Of a stretch of DNA of 32,391 nucleotides, positions 1 to 9,988 are shown piece by piece. This DNA comes from Thioalkalivibrio sp. GTDB lineage: Bacteria; Pseudomonadota; Gammaproteobacteria; Ectothiorhodospirales; Ectothiorhodospiraceae. The notes below the pieces were generated by a model. It was not told where the DNA came from. It did no database searches and was given only the letters and a program-made list of their open reading frames with translations. How positions within the stretch are numbered: position 1 is the stretch's first letter; each line of letters begins with the position of its first letter. A program made the translations under genes and the position numbers. Where the stretch lies: assembly GCA_007136145.1 (NCBI GenBank), contig SLHN01000055.1:1-32391 (forward strand), written 5' to 3'.

Positions 1-171
1 GAAGGCCAGCAGACCGACCATAGCGCCGACGAACACCGTCATCTGCGTGATCAGCGCCGGCTTGAAGAACGCGCGCAGGCGTGGCGACAACGCCGGGCGA
101 AACTCCAGATAGAACCCGGTGGCGATCAAGCCGACGATGGCGAAAGACATGAGACCGACGAGCCAGTGCAT
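1..171 (-). CDS. V/A-type ATPase subunit K (c-ring proteolipid), 5' part; runs off the window
   Basis: Manual translation from ATG at 171: MHWLVGLMSFAIVGLIATGFYLEFRPALSPRLRAFFKPALITQMTVFVGAMVGLLAF. Hydrophobic, preceded by a GGGAG RBS, and directly follows subunit I in the usual I-K order. The catalytic Glu helix is outside the window, so the call rests on context. Confidence 0.7.
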   Translation of the reverse strand, partial: MHWLVGLMSFAIVGLIATGFYLEFRPALSPRLRAFFKPALITQMTVFVGAMVGLLAF

Positions 172-214
172 GGTTAACTCCCAGTTTGAATGAACACGAA
201 TCGAAGCGGGCTCA

Positions 215-2110
215 TCATGCCACCCGCGGACGCCGGCGCAGACGCAGCGGCGTGAACTCCCGCCCGTCGCCCGAGAAATAGCGCGAGAACCCCTCGTAAT
301 ACTGCAGGCGCATCACCTGGATGGTGACGATCACACCCTCGAGCACCAGCACGAAGATGTTGCCGAAGATAACCATCAGCACGTGGCCGACCGCGCCCAG
401 CATTCCCGCCAGCGTCAGCACCGCGATCATCAGCGCCACGTGATTGATGCTGAACGCGGCGACACGCAGGAACGACAGCGTGTTGGAGATGTAGCCGATC
501 ACCGTCTCCAGGGTCTCGATCAGCACCACCAGGATCTTTTCGCCGATCCCCGCGTCGAGATGAAACCAGTTGTACACGGCGAGAGCGAGCAGCGAACAGA
601 TCACCAGCCCGGCCTGCGCCAGCCCGAAGCTGCCGGTCAGCGCTATCGACAGACCGCCCCAGATCAATCCCAGGTAGAACAGCAGATTCACCACCCCGTG
701 GTGGCCGAACAGCGCCGCCATGGGCTCGTTGATCGCAAAGCGGTTGTAGATGGTCAGCCCGCAGGCCAATGTGATGAAGAACACGCCCCAGCCCAGCGCC
801 AGTTGCAGCATCAGGATCGGGTCCTCGAGCGGCGACATCCACAGCGCCGGCAGCAGATCCTTGTAGCCGAACACGCTGCCGAACAGGAATCCGAACGCGA
901 CCGACGAAAGCCCGGCGAGAACCCCGTAGAGGTAGAAGCGGCCCAGCGGCTTGCGGAACAGCCAGGCCAGCAAAGCGAGCACCGCGCCGTGCCCGACATC
1001 GCCGAACATCGTTCCGAACATCAACAGGAAGGTGATCGTGAACAGCAGCGTCGGGTCGATTTCGCCGTAACGCGGGATGCCGTACTGCTTCACCAGTAAC
1101 GCGAACGGCTGCAACAGGCGATGCTTCACCGGCACCGAGGGCACCAGCGCGCGCTCGTCGGGCCGTGGCTTGCGGCTCTCCAGGCTGAACGGATTCGGCA
1201 AAGTGTCGGCCAGCTGCTGCTCCAATTCCGGCAGCGCCTTCGCGGGCACCCACCCGGCGATGCAGGCGAGGTGGCCTGCGCTGCGGATCGCGGGGTCGAG
1301 ATTCACGAACGGCTCGGCGAACACCAGCGTCGTTGCCGCGTTCGCCAGCCGCGCGCGCATCTCCACAGCGCAGGCCTCGACCTCGTCGTGCAATTCCGCG
1401 CGCTCGCGCTCGATTCGTTCGCGCCGCGCGCGCTGCTCGGCACGGATGGTTTCGGGAGAATCGTCCAGGCCATGTGGCAACGGGATCGCCTGGAACCCCG
1501 CGTTGGCGAGCACGGAGGCGATTTCGGAGACCTTTTCCCCCGCTGGCCCGACGATCACCACATGGGCATTGCTGCCGCGCTCCATGTAGCTGAACAACAG
1601 ATATCCGGCAAGACCGAGCGCGCCCTGCAGCCGGTCGATGTTCTCGCGCGGCACCACGCCGATATGGAAATCGAGGAACCGCGTCCTGGTGCGGAGCATT
1701 CCCAGGTCCACCCGCAGCTCGGCGAAATTCGCGAGCGCCGCCTCTTCCTCCTCGAGCAGCCGCTCGGCTTCGTCGAGTTCGCGGAAGCCTTCCTGGTGCT
1801 CGAGGCAGTAGGTCCAGGCCTCGCCGAGCCAGGCATTGGTCTTGGTCAGTTCATCAAGGCCGACGACACGGATCTCGGCGAGATCGGGCTCCGGGACCGG
1901 CACCACCTGGGCAATCTTGTCCAGCCGCGATCGCGCCTGCTGGAACTCCTTCTGGTAGCGGCAGTCCTGCAGCGGTGTCAGCTGCTGTTCCCGCGGCTGC
2001 CGCGGGTCTGGGTGAAAACTCTCGGTATCCGCGAGCGTCAGCGATGCCTGTGGCAGGTCCTCGCGCAGCACCAGAATCCGGACATGCTTCATCGGCTGCG
2101 GTCTCAGCAC
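215..2110 (-). CDS. ntpI: V/A-type ATP synthase/ATPase subunit I (a)
   Basis: About 630 aa with a soluble N-terminal half and a multi-TM C-terminal half. Motifs YGIPRYGEIDPT, FGTMFGDVGHG, SNTLSFLRVAAFSINH (essential Arg) and LRL/MRLQYYEGF. GTG at 2110 chosen on GGAGG spacing; ATG at 2116 is an alternative. Confidence 0.93.
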   Translation of the reverse strand: MLRPQPMKHVRILVLREDLPQASLTLADTESFHPDPRQPREQQLTPLQDCRYQKEFQQARSRLDKIAQVVPVPEPDLAEIRVVGLDELTKTNAWLGEAWTYCLEHQEGFRELDEAERLLEEEEAALANFAELRVDLGMLRTRTRFLDFHIGVVPRENIDRLQGALGLAGYLLFSYMERGSNAHVVIVGPAGEKVSEIASVLANAGFQAIPLPHGLDDSPETIRAEQRARRERIERERAELHDEVEACAVEMRARLANAATTLVFAEPFVNLDPAIRSAGHLACIAGWVPAKALPELEQQLADTLPNPFSLESRKPRPDERALVPSVPVKHRLLQPFALLVKQYGIPRYGEIDPTLLFTITFLLMFGTMFGDVGHGAVLALLAWLFRKPLGRFYLYGVLAGLSSVAFGFLFGSVFGYKDLLPALWMSPLEDPILMLQLALGWGVFFITLACGLTIYNRFAINEPMAALFGHHGVVNLLFYLGLIWGGLSIALTGSFGLAQAGLVICSLLALAVYNWFHLDAGIGEKILVVLIETLETVIGYISNTLSFLRVAAFSINHVALMIAVLTLAGMLGAVGHVLMVIFGNIFVLVLEGVIVTIQVMRLQYYEGFSRYFSGDGREFTPLRLRRRPRVA

Positions 2111-2177
2111 GCGCATACCCTCCCGGCGGTGCGGGTCGAACGCGGACGGCAGCGGAACAGGATTCTGGCTTGACTCA

Positions 2178-3242
2178 TCACGCGGCCTCCCGCCACTGAT
2201 GCACGCAGATCGCCGGGCTCAGACCCAGCGCAAGATCCACGTAGGGTTCCGGCAGCCCGAGCAGGCGACCCTGGAGCAGCGAGAACACCAGCCGCAGGTC
2301 GGCCTCGCGCAGGATCAGGTACGCGAGAGCGCGGCCGACACCCGACTGGCCCCCGCGCAGCGCGGACCAGGCCACCGTGGACAGATGGCGACCCAGACGA
2401 CGCTGGATCTCCATCAGATTACCGGCATCGGCGAGCAGCCCCCGCAACGGTTCCGGCAACGCGGCGATCACCTTGAGCTGGTCGTCGAGCCCGACGAGTT
2501 CCAGCAGGCGCTCGCGATGCAGCAGATGCGGCGACGGCACGAGCTGATAGAAGGTTTCGGAGGGTGAAAGCTGGTAGCCGAACCGGAACCGGATCAGCCA
2601 CTGGACGTTCGCGCGGTCGACCAGGGTGCCGACCAGCAGGCGCACCTGCCGTTGCGCGGTGCTGTCCTCGAGCCGCGCGACCTGGCGCACCACATCGGCG
2701 TAGTAGCGCTGATCGATCGCCGCCTCCAGCGCGAACGCCTCCTGGCGCTTTTCGTAGATCTCGCGCGCCTGCCGTGCGAGCAGACTCAGCGGACCGGTCT
2801 CCAGCAGGCGCAGCAGCTCGACTGCGTTTTCGACACGGAACAGGTCTTCGCTGGACAGCCGGAGACGTGGCGGAAGGTCGTAAAGGTTCTCGCGGATTTC
2901 CTGCGGATCGAGTTGACGGATCTTGCCACGTAGCAGCGTCTTCAGGTTGAACAACGCGAACTGACGCGCCCAGGCCACGACCAGGCTCCGTTCGGCCGGG
3001 TCCATCGGCCGGATCAGCACCGTCAGTTCCTCCAGCAGCACCTGCATCAGCGCCTGCTCGACCGCACGGCTCCTGGTCCGGGCGCTGCCAGGCTCCTCGA
3101 GGATCGTGCCAAGCCCTAACTCCTGCCCGAGTTCGGGCAGACCAAGCTGCACCAGGCGCTCGATGTCGCCGGCACGAAGCAACTGCGTTGCCTTGCCTGC
3201 GACCCGCGTATTCAGGTAGGCGTCGTGTGCCGCGCTGCTCAT
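2178..3242 (-). CDS. ntpC: V/A-type ATPase subunit C (d/AC39 family)
   Basis: 354 aa with AYLNTRV at the N-terminus, NLKTLLRGK, LEAAIDQRYY and a C-terminal LAYLILRE. Lies immediately upstream of subunit I. Confidence 0.85.
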   Translation of the reverse strand: MSSAAHDAYLNTRVAGKATQLLRAGDIERLVQLGLPELGQELGLGTILEEPGSARTRSRAVEQALMQVLLEELTVLIRPMDPAERSLVVAWARQFALFNLKTLLRGKIRQLDPQEIRENLYDLPPRLRLSSEDLFRVENAVELLRLLETGPLSLLARQAREIYEKRQEAFALEAAIDQRYYADVVRQVARLEDSTAQRQVRLLVGTLVDRANVQWLIRFRFGYQLSPSETFYQLVPSPHLLHRERLLELVGLDDQLKVIAALPEPLRGLLADAGNLMEIQRRLGRHLSTVAWSALRGGQSGVGRALAYLILREADLRLVFSLLQGRLLGLPEPYVDLALGLSPAICVHQWREAA

Positions 3243-3289
3243 GGGGCGGAACCTGTGGCCATCACGAAGAAAGCCTGCCGATCAGCGGC

Positions 3290-3607
3290 TCAGAGCCGCA
3301 CGTCGAGCAGGACCTGGAATGCGGCGTCCAGTGCCTCGTCCTCGCGCTTGTCGGCCATCTCGCGCAGGCTCTGGTGCCGCTCTTCGTAGCGCCGCTCAAC
3401 CTCGGCAATTGTCTTCGCCGCGCGCTCCTCGGAGCGGGCGATCCAGGTTCTTTGCAATTCGGGAATGCGGTCGGTGAAACGGGCGTCGAGTTCCCTGGCT
3501 TCATCCGCTGCCTCGGCGATCGAACGCTGATGCTCTTCCTCGGCCTCGCGGGCCAGATTTTCCGCCTTCATTTCGGCGTCGAGCAGGCGTTGCAGCGTAT
3601 CGTCCAT
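3290..3607 (-). CDS. V/A-type ATPase peripheral-stalk subunit G/H
   Basis: 105 aa Glu/Ala/Arg-rich coiled coil (MDDTLQRLLDAEMKAENLAREAEEE...), first gene of the operon. Start trimmed from the 153-aa ORF. Confidence 0.75.
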   Translation of the reverse strand: MDDTLQRLLDAEMKAENLAREAEEEHQRSIAEAADEARELDARFTDRIPELQRTWIARSEERAAKTIAEVERRYEERHQSLREMADKREDEALDAAFQVLLDVRL

Positions 3608-3994
3608 GTGAGTACCCCAATCTGTGCTGGATGGCACCAGGAGCGAGCCGCGGAGGCCATCCTCGAGTGAACGGATGAACCCCGGATTCAAGGACCGCCC
3701 CGGTGCCGGCGCCGCCCATGAATCATGGATTGATGATACTCCCCCCACCATAAGACGTCCAGAAAATTACCGTATAGCGATAGATCGGTGTTCCGCCCTG
3801 CGGGAAGCGTGTTCTGCCGGCATTCGCTGCGCACGCTGCTCAAGGATCATGGCTGCCACTGAATTCCGCCGAATCCTGCTCGTCAGGCTGTTTCCCGAAC
3901 TGCCCGGAACACGTGCAGTTCTCACGCCGCTGACTATATTTGAAGTACTACCGTTCGGCCTGTTGGCGGGACCAACACATACGAGGACGACCCG

Positions 3995-4314
3995 ATGGCT
4001 GACACCATTCTTCTGGGTACTCGCAAGGGTACCGTTATCATCGATCGGAAAGCGGCAGGCTGGCGGGTGCGGCCGATCATTCACGCGGGCATACCGGTCT
4101 GTTACGCCACCCGTGATCCGCGCGATGGCACCCTGTGGGCATCCTTGACCATGCTCCTGGCTTCACCGACTACGTAGTGGATGAACAGGGAGCCCTGCGC
4201 AGGCACGTGAAGATCAGTATCAACAACATCATCGTGATTGACCGGAAAACCCTCTCGGATCATGTCCGGGACGACGACACGGTGTTTATCTTCCAGGCCC
4301 TGAGCGGAGGGTAA
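3995..4314 (+). pseudogene. Fused remnant: N-terminus of a BNR-repeat/sialidase-like beta-propeller protein joined, with a 1-nt frameshift, to the C-terminal half of a MoaD/ThiS ubiquitin-like protein
   Basis: One frame, after a GAGGA RBS, reads MADTILLGTRKGTVIIDR...YATRDPRDGTLWASL. Another frame, from about 4144, reads LDHAPGFTDYVVDEQGALRRHVKISINNIIVIDRKTLSDHVRDDDTVFIFQALSGG* and ends in the diagnostic GG (TAA 4312-4314). Confidence 0.7.
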
Positions 4315-4400
4315 CCAGGATCTGGCATGGCCCGCGGTCCGACACGCTCCCGGGAATGCCGGAACGGCGTTCGTCAGCCGTTCCACCGGCTGGAAGAACG

Positions 4401-5762
4401 CTACCGGTGCCGGCCGCCGGAGCGATGGGTACTGCCGGACCGGTTGCCGGCACGCGCCGGACCGGGCTTGCCGCCGAAGGACTTGGCGACGCCCGGCCTA
4501 CCGGAAACCGGCTTGCTGGCCTTGCCACCCGGGCGGCCGCTGCCCGCGTGAGCACCGCGGCCCGGAGCCGGACGCCGCTGCTGGCTGCGCAGCTGGATCG
4601 GTTGGGCCCGGGCGTTCGGATCCGGCTCGAAGCCATCGACCTTCGCGCGCGGCAGCGAGCGCTTGGTCAGCCGCTCGATGTTGCGCAGATAGTCGAACTC
4701 GTCGACGCAGACGAGTGATACGGCTTCGCCGTTCGCGCCGGCACGTCCGGTGCGGCCGATCCGGTGCACGTAGTCCTCGGGAACGTTGGGTAGCTCGTAG
4801 TTCACCACATGCGGTAGCTCGCTGATATCGATCCCGCGCGCCGCGATATCGGTGGCCACCAGTACGCGCAAATCTCCCTTCTTGAATTCGGCCAGCGCCT
4901 TGGTGCGTGCCGTCTGACTCTTGTTGCCATGGATCGCCATCGCCGGGATGCCATCCTTGCCCAACTGCTCCGCCAGACGGTTGGCGCCATGCTTGGTGCG
5001 GGTGAAGACAAGCACCTGGGTCCAGCGCTCGGTCCTGATCAGATGCGACAGCACCTGTCGTTTCTCGTCGCGATTGACCTCATACACCTTCTGCGCGATC
5101 AGGTCGGCGGTGGCGTTGCGTCGCGCGACCTCGATCAGCGCTGGCTTCGTGAGCAACCCGTCCGCCAGCGCCTTTATCTCGTCGGAGAATGTCGCCGAGA
5201 ACAGCAGGTTCTGGCGTTGTTTCGGAAGCAGCGCGATGATCTTGCGGATGTCGCGGATGAAACCCATGTCGAGCATGCGATCGGCTTCGTCCAGCACCAG
5301 GATCTCGACCTGCGACAGGTCCACGACCTTCTGTTGCGCAAGATCCAGCAGGCGACCCGGTGTGGCCACAAGGATGTCGACGCGGCCCTTCAGCCGGCTG
5401 ATCTGCGGGTTGATGCTGACGCCGCCGAACACCACCAGCGAATTCAGCTTGGTATGCCGTCCGTAGACGCGCACGCTTTCCTCCACCTGGGCAGCGAGTT
5501 CGCGGGTGGGGGTCAGAATCAATGCCCGGACCGGGGCACGGTTGCTGGACGGCCCCTTGCGCGTCGGATCGGACAGGCGCTGCAGCATCGGCAGCACGAA
5601 GCCAGCAGTCTTGCCGGTACCGGTCTGGGCTCCGGCCATCAGATCGCGGCCTTCGAGCACCGTGGGAATGGCCTGAGCCTGAATTGGGGTGGGTGTGGTG
5701 TAGCCGTGTTCGGTGACGGCACGAACGAGTTCCTCGGCAAGGCCGAGATCGGAAAAATGCAT
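4401..5762 (-). CDS. rhlE: DEAD-box ATP-dependent RNA helicase RhlE
   Basis: Q motif [32 protein letters not shown] and [10 protein letters not shown], plus a basic Gly-rich tail. GGAG RBS before ATG 5762. Confidence 0.92.
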   Translation of the reverse strand: MHFSDLGLAEELVRAVTEHGYTTPTPIQAQAIPTVLEGRDLMAGAQTGTGKTAGFVLPMLQRLSDPTRKGPSSNRAPVRALILTPTRELAAQVEESVRVYGRHTKLNSLVVFGGVSINPQISRLKGRVDILVATPGRLLDLAQQKVVDLSQVEILVLDEADRMLDMGFIRDIRKIIALLPKQRQNLLFSATFSDEIKALADGLLTKPALIEVARRNATADLIAQKVYEVNRDEKRQVLSHLIRTERWTQVLVFTRTKHGANRLAEQLGKDGIPAMAIHGNKSQTARTKALAEFKKGDLRVLVATDIAARGIDISELPHVVNYELPNVPEDYVHRIGRTGRAGANGEAVSLVCVDEFDYLRNIERLTKRSLPRAKVDGFEPDPNARAQPIQLRSQQRRPAPGRGAHAGSGRPGGKASKPVSGRPGVAKSFGGKPGPARAGNRSGSTHRSGGRHR

Positions 5763-5902
5763 GAGTACTCCGGAAGCGACATCCGCCTGTCGCCGCACGC
5801 GGGCGCCAGTCTGAGACGGATGAGAGCTGGTCTGAGACCAAAAAAGGGCGCGACCGGGAGACTGGGGCAGGGATCGCGGGGCGCATGATAACAGAAATCG
5901 CC

Positions 5903-7291
5903 TTACTTGCCGATACAGAACCCCGCGAAGATCGCGCCGAGGAGTTCCTCGTGATCACCGCGGCCAAGCAAGTCGTCCAGCGCGCGCTCGGCGAGACGGA
6001 GGTCTTCGGCGATCAGGTCCGGGGATTGCTCGGCATGAATCCGCAGCAGACAGGCGGCGGCGTTGCCCAGGCCTTCAAGGTGCCGGACTCGAACGCTGAA
6101 GCGCTGCTGCCCGGTATCCACAACACCGACCTCGGAGCGGATCGCGGCGCGCAGAGCGTCCAGACCCTCTCCCGTCACTGCGGAGACCTTGATCCCTCGT
6201 TGCATGGAATCACTATGCGCCTCGAAATCAGGAACGACTGCCCTCGCTGTCCCACGCGGCTCGCTGCGGGCACCCAAGTCCGACTGGCTGCCAGGGCAGA
6301 GATCCTGCTTGTTCCAAACCCGCAGCACCGGGGTTCCCGGAAGGTCCGGCAGTTCGGCGCGGACGCCGGGCCGCGTCAGATCACGAACCTCGAGGACCAG
6401 GTCCGCCCCGGCCGCCGCGCGCCGCGCGCGTTCAATACCGATTCGCTCGACCACATCGTCGCTTTCGTGCAACCCTGCGGTATCGATGAGTTCCACCGGG
6501 ATACCGTCGATTGCTATATTCGCGCGCAGCAGATCGCGCGTCGTTCCCGGGCGGTCGGTGACGATCGCGACCTCGGCATCGGCCAGACGGTTCATCAGGC
6601 TCGACTTGCCAACATTCGGCGCGCCGACCAGCGCCAGACGCATCCCGGTACTGTAGATGCGTGCGGGACGCAGGCGTGCGAGCAGTGCCTCGACATCAGC
6701 CGCCAGTGCCTGCGCGCGCCGGGCCACCTCGGGAGCAACCGCCGATTCCAGATCGGTCTCGCCGAAATCGATCTCGGCCTCGATCAGCACCCGCAGGTTC
6801 AAAATCTCGCGCGCGACCGGCTCGACGTCCTGAGCCAGGGCACCGTCGAGGCTGCTACGGGCGAGACGTGCCGCAGTGGCAGTCTGGGCGTGGATCAGAT
6901 CGGCGACGGCCTCGGCCTGGGCCAGGTCCATGCGACCGTGGAGGAACGCGCGCTCGGTGAACTCGCCCGGTCGCGCCATGCGCGCTCCGAGCCCAAGCGC
7001 TGTGTCGAGCAGTAACTGCAACAGGACCGGACTGCCATGCCCCTGTATCTCCACCACATCCTCGCCAGTGTAGGAGTGCGGTGCGGGAAACACGATCACG
7101 ATCCCGTCGTCAATCACGCCCTCGGCGGGGTCATGCAGGCGCCGGTGAATCGCTCGCCGCGGTGGCAGATCCGGCCCCGCGATCGCTTCCGCGATCAGGA
7201 GCGCCGCGGGTCCCGAAAGCCGGATCACGCCGATACCGCCAACCCCGGGCGGGGTGGCGACGGCGACGATGGTATCCGCGGCTCCGGTCAA
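5903..7291 (-). CDS. mnmE: tRNA uridine-5-carboxymethylaminomethyl(34) synthesis GTPase MnmE
   Basis: [20 protein letters not shown] (G1), GTTRD, DTAG, NKQD, SAVTG and C-terminal FCIGK. Usual position downstream of yidC. Confidence 0.97.
   Translation of the reverse strand: MTGAADTIVAVATPPGVGGIGVIRLSGPAALLIAEAIAGPDLPPRRAIHRRLHDPAEGVIDDGIVIVFPAPHSYTGEDVVEIQGHGSPVLLQLLLDTALGLGARMARPGEFTERAFLHGRMDLAQAEAVADLIHAQTATAARLARSSLDGALAQDVEPVAREILNLRVLIEAEIDFGETDLESAVAPEVARRAQALAADVEALLARLRPARIYSTGMRLALVGAPNVGKSSLMNRLADAEVAIVTDRPGTTRDLLRANIAIDGIPVELIDTAGLHESDDVVERIGIERARRAAAGADLVLEVRDLTRPGVRAELPDLPGTPVLRVWNKQDLCPGSQSDLGARSEPRGTARAVVPDFEAHSDSMQRGIKVSAVTGEGLDALRAAIRSEVGVVDTGQQRFSVRVRHLEGLGNAAACLLRIHAEQSPDLIAEDLRLAERALDDLLGRGDHEELLGAIFAGFCIGK
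6196..6294. repeat. 99-bp MITE-like repeat copy embedded in frame in mnmE
   Basis: Manual ungapped alignment to 28211-28309 gives 75/99 identity, and 35/39 over the last 39 nt (GCGGCTCGCTgCGGgCACCCAAGTCCGACtGGCTgCCAG). Confidence 0.8.
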
Positions 7292-7295
7292 GAAA

Positions 7296-8987
7296 TCAGT
7301 GCTTCTTCGCGGCTTCCGCGTCTATCTTGCGCGTGATCACGTATTGCTGGCCGATCGAGAACAGGTTGTTGGTGAACCAGTACAACACCAGACCCGCCGG
7401 GAAGAACGCGAAGAACACCGTGAAGACGACCGGAAGGGCCATGAAAATCTTCTGCTGTATCGGATCCATCGGCGGCGGATTCAGCTTGTACTGAATAAAC
7501 ATCGTCAAACCCATCAGCAGCGGCAGGATGAAGAACGGATCGCGGGTGGACAGATCCTGAATCCAAAGCATCCACGGTGCCTGACGCAGCTCCACGCTCT
7601 CCAGCAGTACCCAGTACAGAGCGATGAAGACAGGAATCTGCACCAAGATAGGCAGGCAGCCCCCGAGCGGGTTGATCTTCTCTTTCTTATACAACTCCAT
7701 CAGCGCCTGGTTCATGCGCTGCTTGTCGTCCTTGTAGCGCTCCTTCATCGCCTGAAGCTTCGGCGCCACCGCGCGCATGCGCGCCATCGAGCGGTAGCTG
7801 GTCGCCGAGAGATGGAAAAACGCGAGCTTGATCAGGATGGTCAGGATCACGATCGACCAGCCCCAGTTGCCGACGAAATCGTTGATCACGCGCAGCAGCC
7901 AGAACAGCGGCTTGGACAGGAAGGTAAAAATGCCGTAATCAACCGTGAGTTCCAGACCCGGAGCAATCTGGCGCAGGTCGGACTGGGTCTTGGGCCCGAC
8001 CCAAAGCCGGGTGGAGAACATGCCAATGCTCCCAGGAGCAATGGTGACTGGTTCGGCCGAATGCAGCCCGATCAGGTATTCGGTGCCTACGCCGGCGGTA
8101 CCGGGAACAGCTCGCCCGTACATCGCGTTGATTTCGTCCGGGCCGGGAATCCACGCGGACATGAAATAGTGCTCGATCACCGAAACCCAGCCGCCCTCGA
8201 GGCGTTTCTCCAGCGGCGAATCACGCAGCGACTCGAAACTCTCCTTGTTGTACCGGCCATCGAAGTAGGCGGCACCGGTAAAGGTGTAAAGGAAGAACGA
8301 CGCCCGGCTCGGCGTCGGACCATGGCGCAGCTGCCGGTATTGCCGGCCGATCCAGGTTTGGTCGCTGCGGTTCTCGACGCTGTGCTCGACCTCGATCAGA
8401 TGCGTTCCGCGCTGAAAGACGAAGGTCTTGGTCACGACAATGCTTCCGTCGTCGGATATCCAGGTCATCGGCACCCGCAGCGTATCCTGCCCGGGTCGCA
8501 TCTCGAAGCGATCGGCTTCGGCCTGAAAGATGGCGTGATGCGAGGGTGCGCGGTCCGACGCCTCGATACCAGACACGCGGTCATGCGTCAGCCCGCTTTG
8601 CGCGACGTAGCCGCGAACGCGCTCGTCGAACAACCTTACCGGATTATCGGGCTCGCGCGGGTCAACCGGAAACGCGAGCAGGTCGGCGCGCACGATGGTG
8701 CCGCCCCGGGTGTCGATGCTGAGATCATGAAGGTCGGTACGCACGGTGATCTGCCGGCGGGTCGGGTCCGCGAGCACATCCAGGGGTGCCGCGGGATCGA
8801 TCGCTGCCTCCTCGGTCAGCGGTGCCTCGGGCACGTCCTCCGGCCGCTCCGGCACATCGTCGACCAACTCTTCCGAGACCCTTTCCCGGACTTCGGCGCG
8901 CTCGCCATAGTCCGCATTCCACGCCTGCCACATCAGGAACAGGACGAACACGAGGGACAGCCAGAGGATGGGACGAAGGTTTTCCAT
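7296..8987 (-). CDS. yidC: Membrane protein insertase YidC
   Basis: N-terminal TM, large periplasmic domain, VDYG, GNWGWSI, KEKINPLGGCLPIL and GLVLYW. Confidence 0.97.
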   Translation of the reverse strand: MENLRPILWLSLVFVLFLMWQAWNADYGERAEVRERVSEELVDDVPERPEDVPEAPLTEEAAIDPAAPLDVLADPTRRQITVRTDLHDLSIDTRGGTIVRADLLAFPVDPREPDNPVRLFDERVRGYVAQSGLTHDRVSGIEASDRAPSHHAIFQAEADRFEMRPGQDTLRVPMTWISDDGSIVVTKTFVFQRGTHLIEVEHSVENRSDQTWIGRQYRQLRHGPTPSRASFFLYTFTGAAYFDGRYNKESFESLRDSPLEKRLEGGWVSVIEHYFMSAWIPGPDEINAMYGRAVPGTAGVGTEYLIGLHSAEPVTIAPGSIGMFSTRLWVGPKTQSDLRQIAPGLELTVDYGIFTFLSKPLFWLLRVINDFVGNWGWSIVILTILIKLAFFHLSATSYRSMARMRAVAPKLQAMKERYKDDKQRMNQALMELYKKEKINPLGGCLPILVQIPVFIALYWVLLESVELRQAPWMLWIQDLSTRDPFFILPLLMGLTMFIQYKLNPPPMDPIQQKIFMALPVVFTVFFAFFPAGLVLYWFTNNLFSIGQQYVITRKIDAEAAKKH

Positions 8988-8995
8988 GAGTGCGG

Positions 8996-9238
8996 TTACT
9001 TCCGGGATTCGTGATTCGGCGCCGTTTCCGGCACGGGGTCATATCCGCCTTCGGCCCAGGGATGGCAACGGGCAACCCGTTTCACCCCAAGCCACAGCCC
9101 GCGCGGAACACCATGCCGGGTGATTGCCTCGGCAGCGTATTCCGAGCAGGTGGGATGATACCGGCAATGTGGAGCCATGAAAGGTGAAATCGCATACTGG
9201 TAGACACGGATGGGGAACAGGAACAGCGAACGGATCAT
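8996..9238 (-). CDS. yidD: Membrane protein insertion efficiency factor YidD
   Basis: [18 protein letters not shown] and [14 protein letters not shown]; sits between rnpA and yidC. Confidence 0.95.
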   Translation of the reverse strand: MIRSLFLFPIRVYQYAISPFMAPHCRYHPTCSEYAAEAITRHGVPRGLWLGVKRVARCHPWAEGGYDPVPETAPNHESRK

Positions 9239-9606
9239 GTCAGGTTCTCCAGCAGGCGGTCGATTTCCGCTCGCAGTTCACCCCGCCCGACACTGGCAAC
9301 GCCAGCTCGCGACAGGACGATGATGTCAACTGGCGGCAGCCTGTGTTTACTGATCCGGAACGCCTCCCGGGCGATGCGCTTGATGCGGTTTCGGTCCACT
9401 GACCGTCGCGCATGCTTCTTGGAGATCGCGAGGCCGAGCCGGGCCGTCGGTCCAACTGGATCCAGCCCGCGATAGAGGACCATGAATCGCCTTCCCGGAA
9501 CCCGGCGTGGCCGCGCGAAAACCCTTTGGTACGCGCGACCATCGAGCAGACGCTGCGAGCGCGGAAACCCTTGAGTCGGTGGGCTTCTTTCGGCGTCGGG
9601 CGTCAT
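9235..9606 (-). CDS. rnpA: Ribonuclease P protein component
   Basis: [16 protein letters not shown] and the RNR motif [17 protein letters not shown] overlap with yidD. Confidence 0.95.
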   Translation of the reverse strand: MTPDAERSPPTQGFPRSQRLLDGRAYQRVFARPRRVPGRRFMVLYRGLDPVGPTARLGLAISKKHARRSVDRNRIKRIAREAFRISKHRLPPVDIIVLSRAGVASVGRGELRAEIDRLLENLT

Positions 9607-9655
9607 CGATAGGCCCGGGCCGTTCGGTTTCGGGCCGGCACGCCAGAGACGCGGG

Positions 9656-9790
9656 TTACGGGCAGAGGCGCTTGCGGCCCTTGGCGCGGCGGGCGTTTAT
9701 GACCTTGCGCCCACTGCGGGTCGCCATCCGTGCACGGAAACCGTGGGTCCTGGCGCGGTGGAGTCGACTGGGCTGGAATGTCCGCTTCAT
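9656..9790 (-). CDS. rpmH: 50S ribosomal protein L34
   Basis: Manual translation [44 protein letters not shown] (44 aa, below the ORF-track cutoff). Confidence 0.97.
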   Translation of the reverse strand: MKRTFQPSRLHRARTHGFRARMATRSGRKVINARRAKGRKRLCP

Positions 9791-9829
9791 GGCGAGGTAT
9801 CCGGAATTCAGAAAGTTTAGGGGCGCTGA

Positions 9830-9858
9830 AAGCTACCTGTGCTCGCCTCCAAAGTCAA
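9830..9858 (-). promoter_or_regulatory. Putative sigma70 promoter of the rpmH-rnpA-yidD-yidC-mnmE operon
   Basis: Minus strand TTGACT-N17-TAGCTT, about 40 bp upstream of the rpmH ATG. Confidence 0.55.
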
Positions 9859-9988
9859 TCCGAACGGGGACGCGCGCCAATGAATGATCAGCTCCCGGTG
9901 ACTGTCTGGCAACAGTGGAGGAACGCTGGCAGAACGGGCCCGGTTACGCGTAGACTCTTCAGGTGGAGCCTGATTCCGGAGTCGATGC

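Noticed and set aside
7254-9014. 586-aa plus-strand ORF (likewise 1121-2173, 4929-5888, 5885-7015 and 25061-26203)
   Set aside because: Antisense shadows of yidC, ntpI, rhlE, mnmE and ntrC, expected from high-GC codon bias; no motifs.
9612-9636. GC-rich hairpin between rpmH and rnpA as a terminator
   Set aside because: No U-tract, and it lies inside a normally co-transcribed operon; at most a processing or stability stem.
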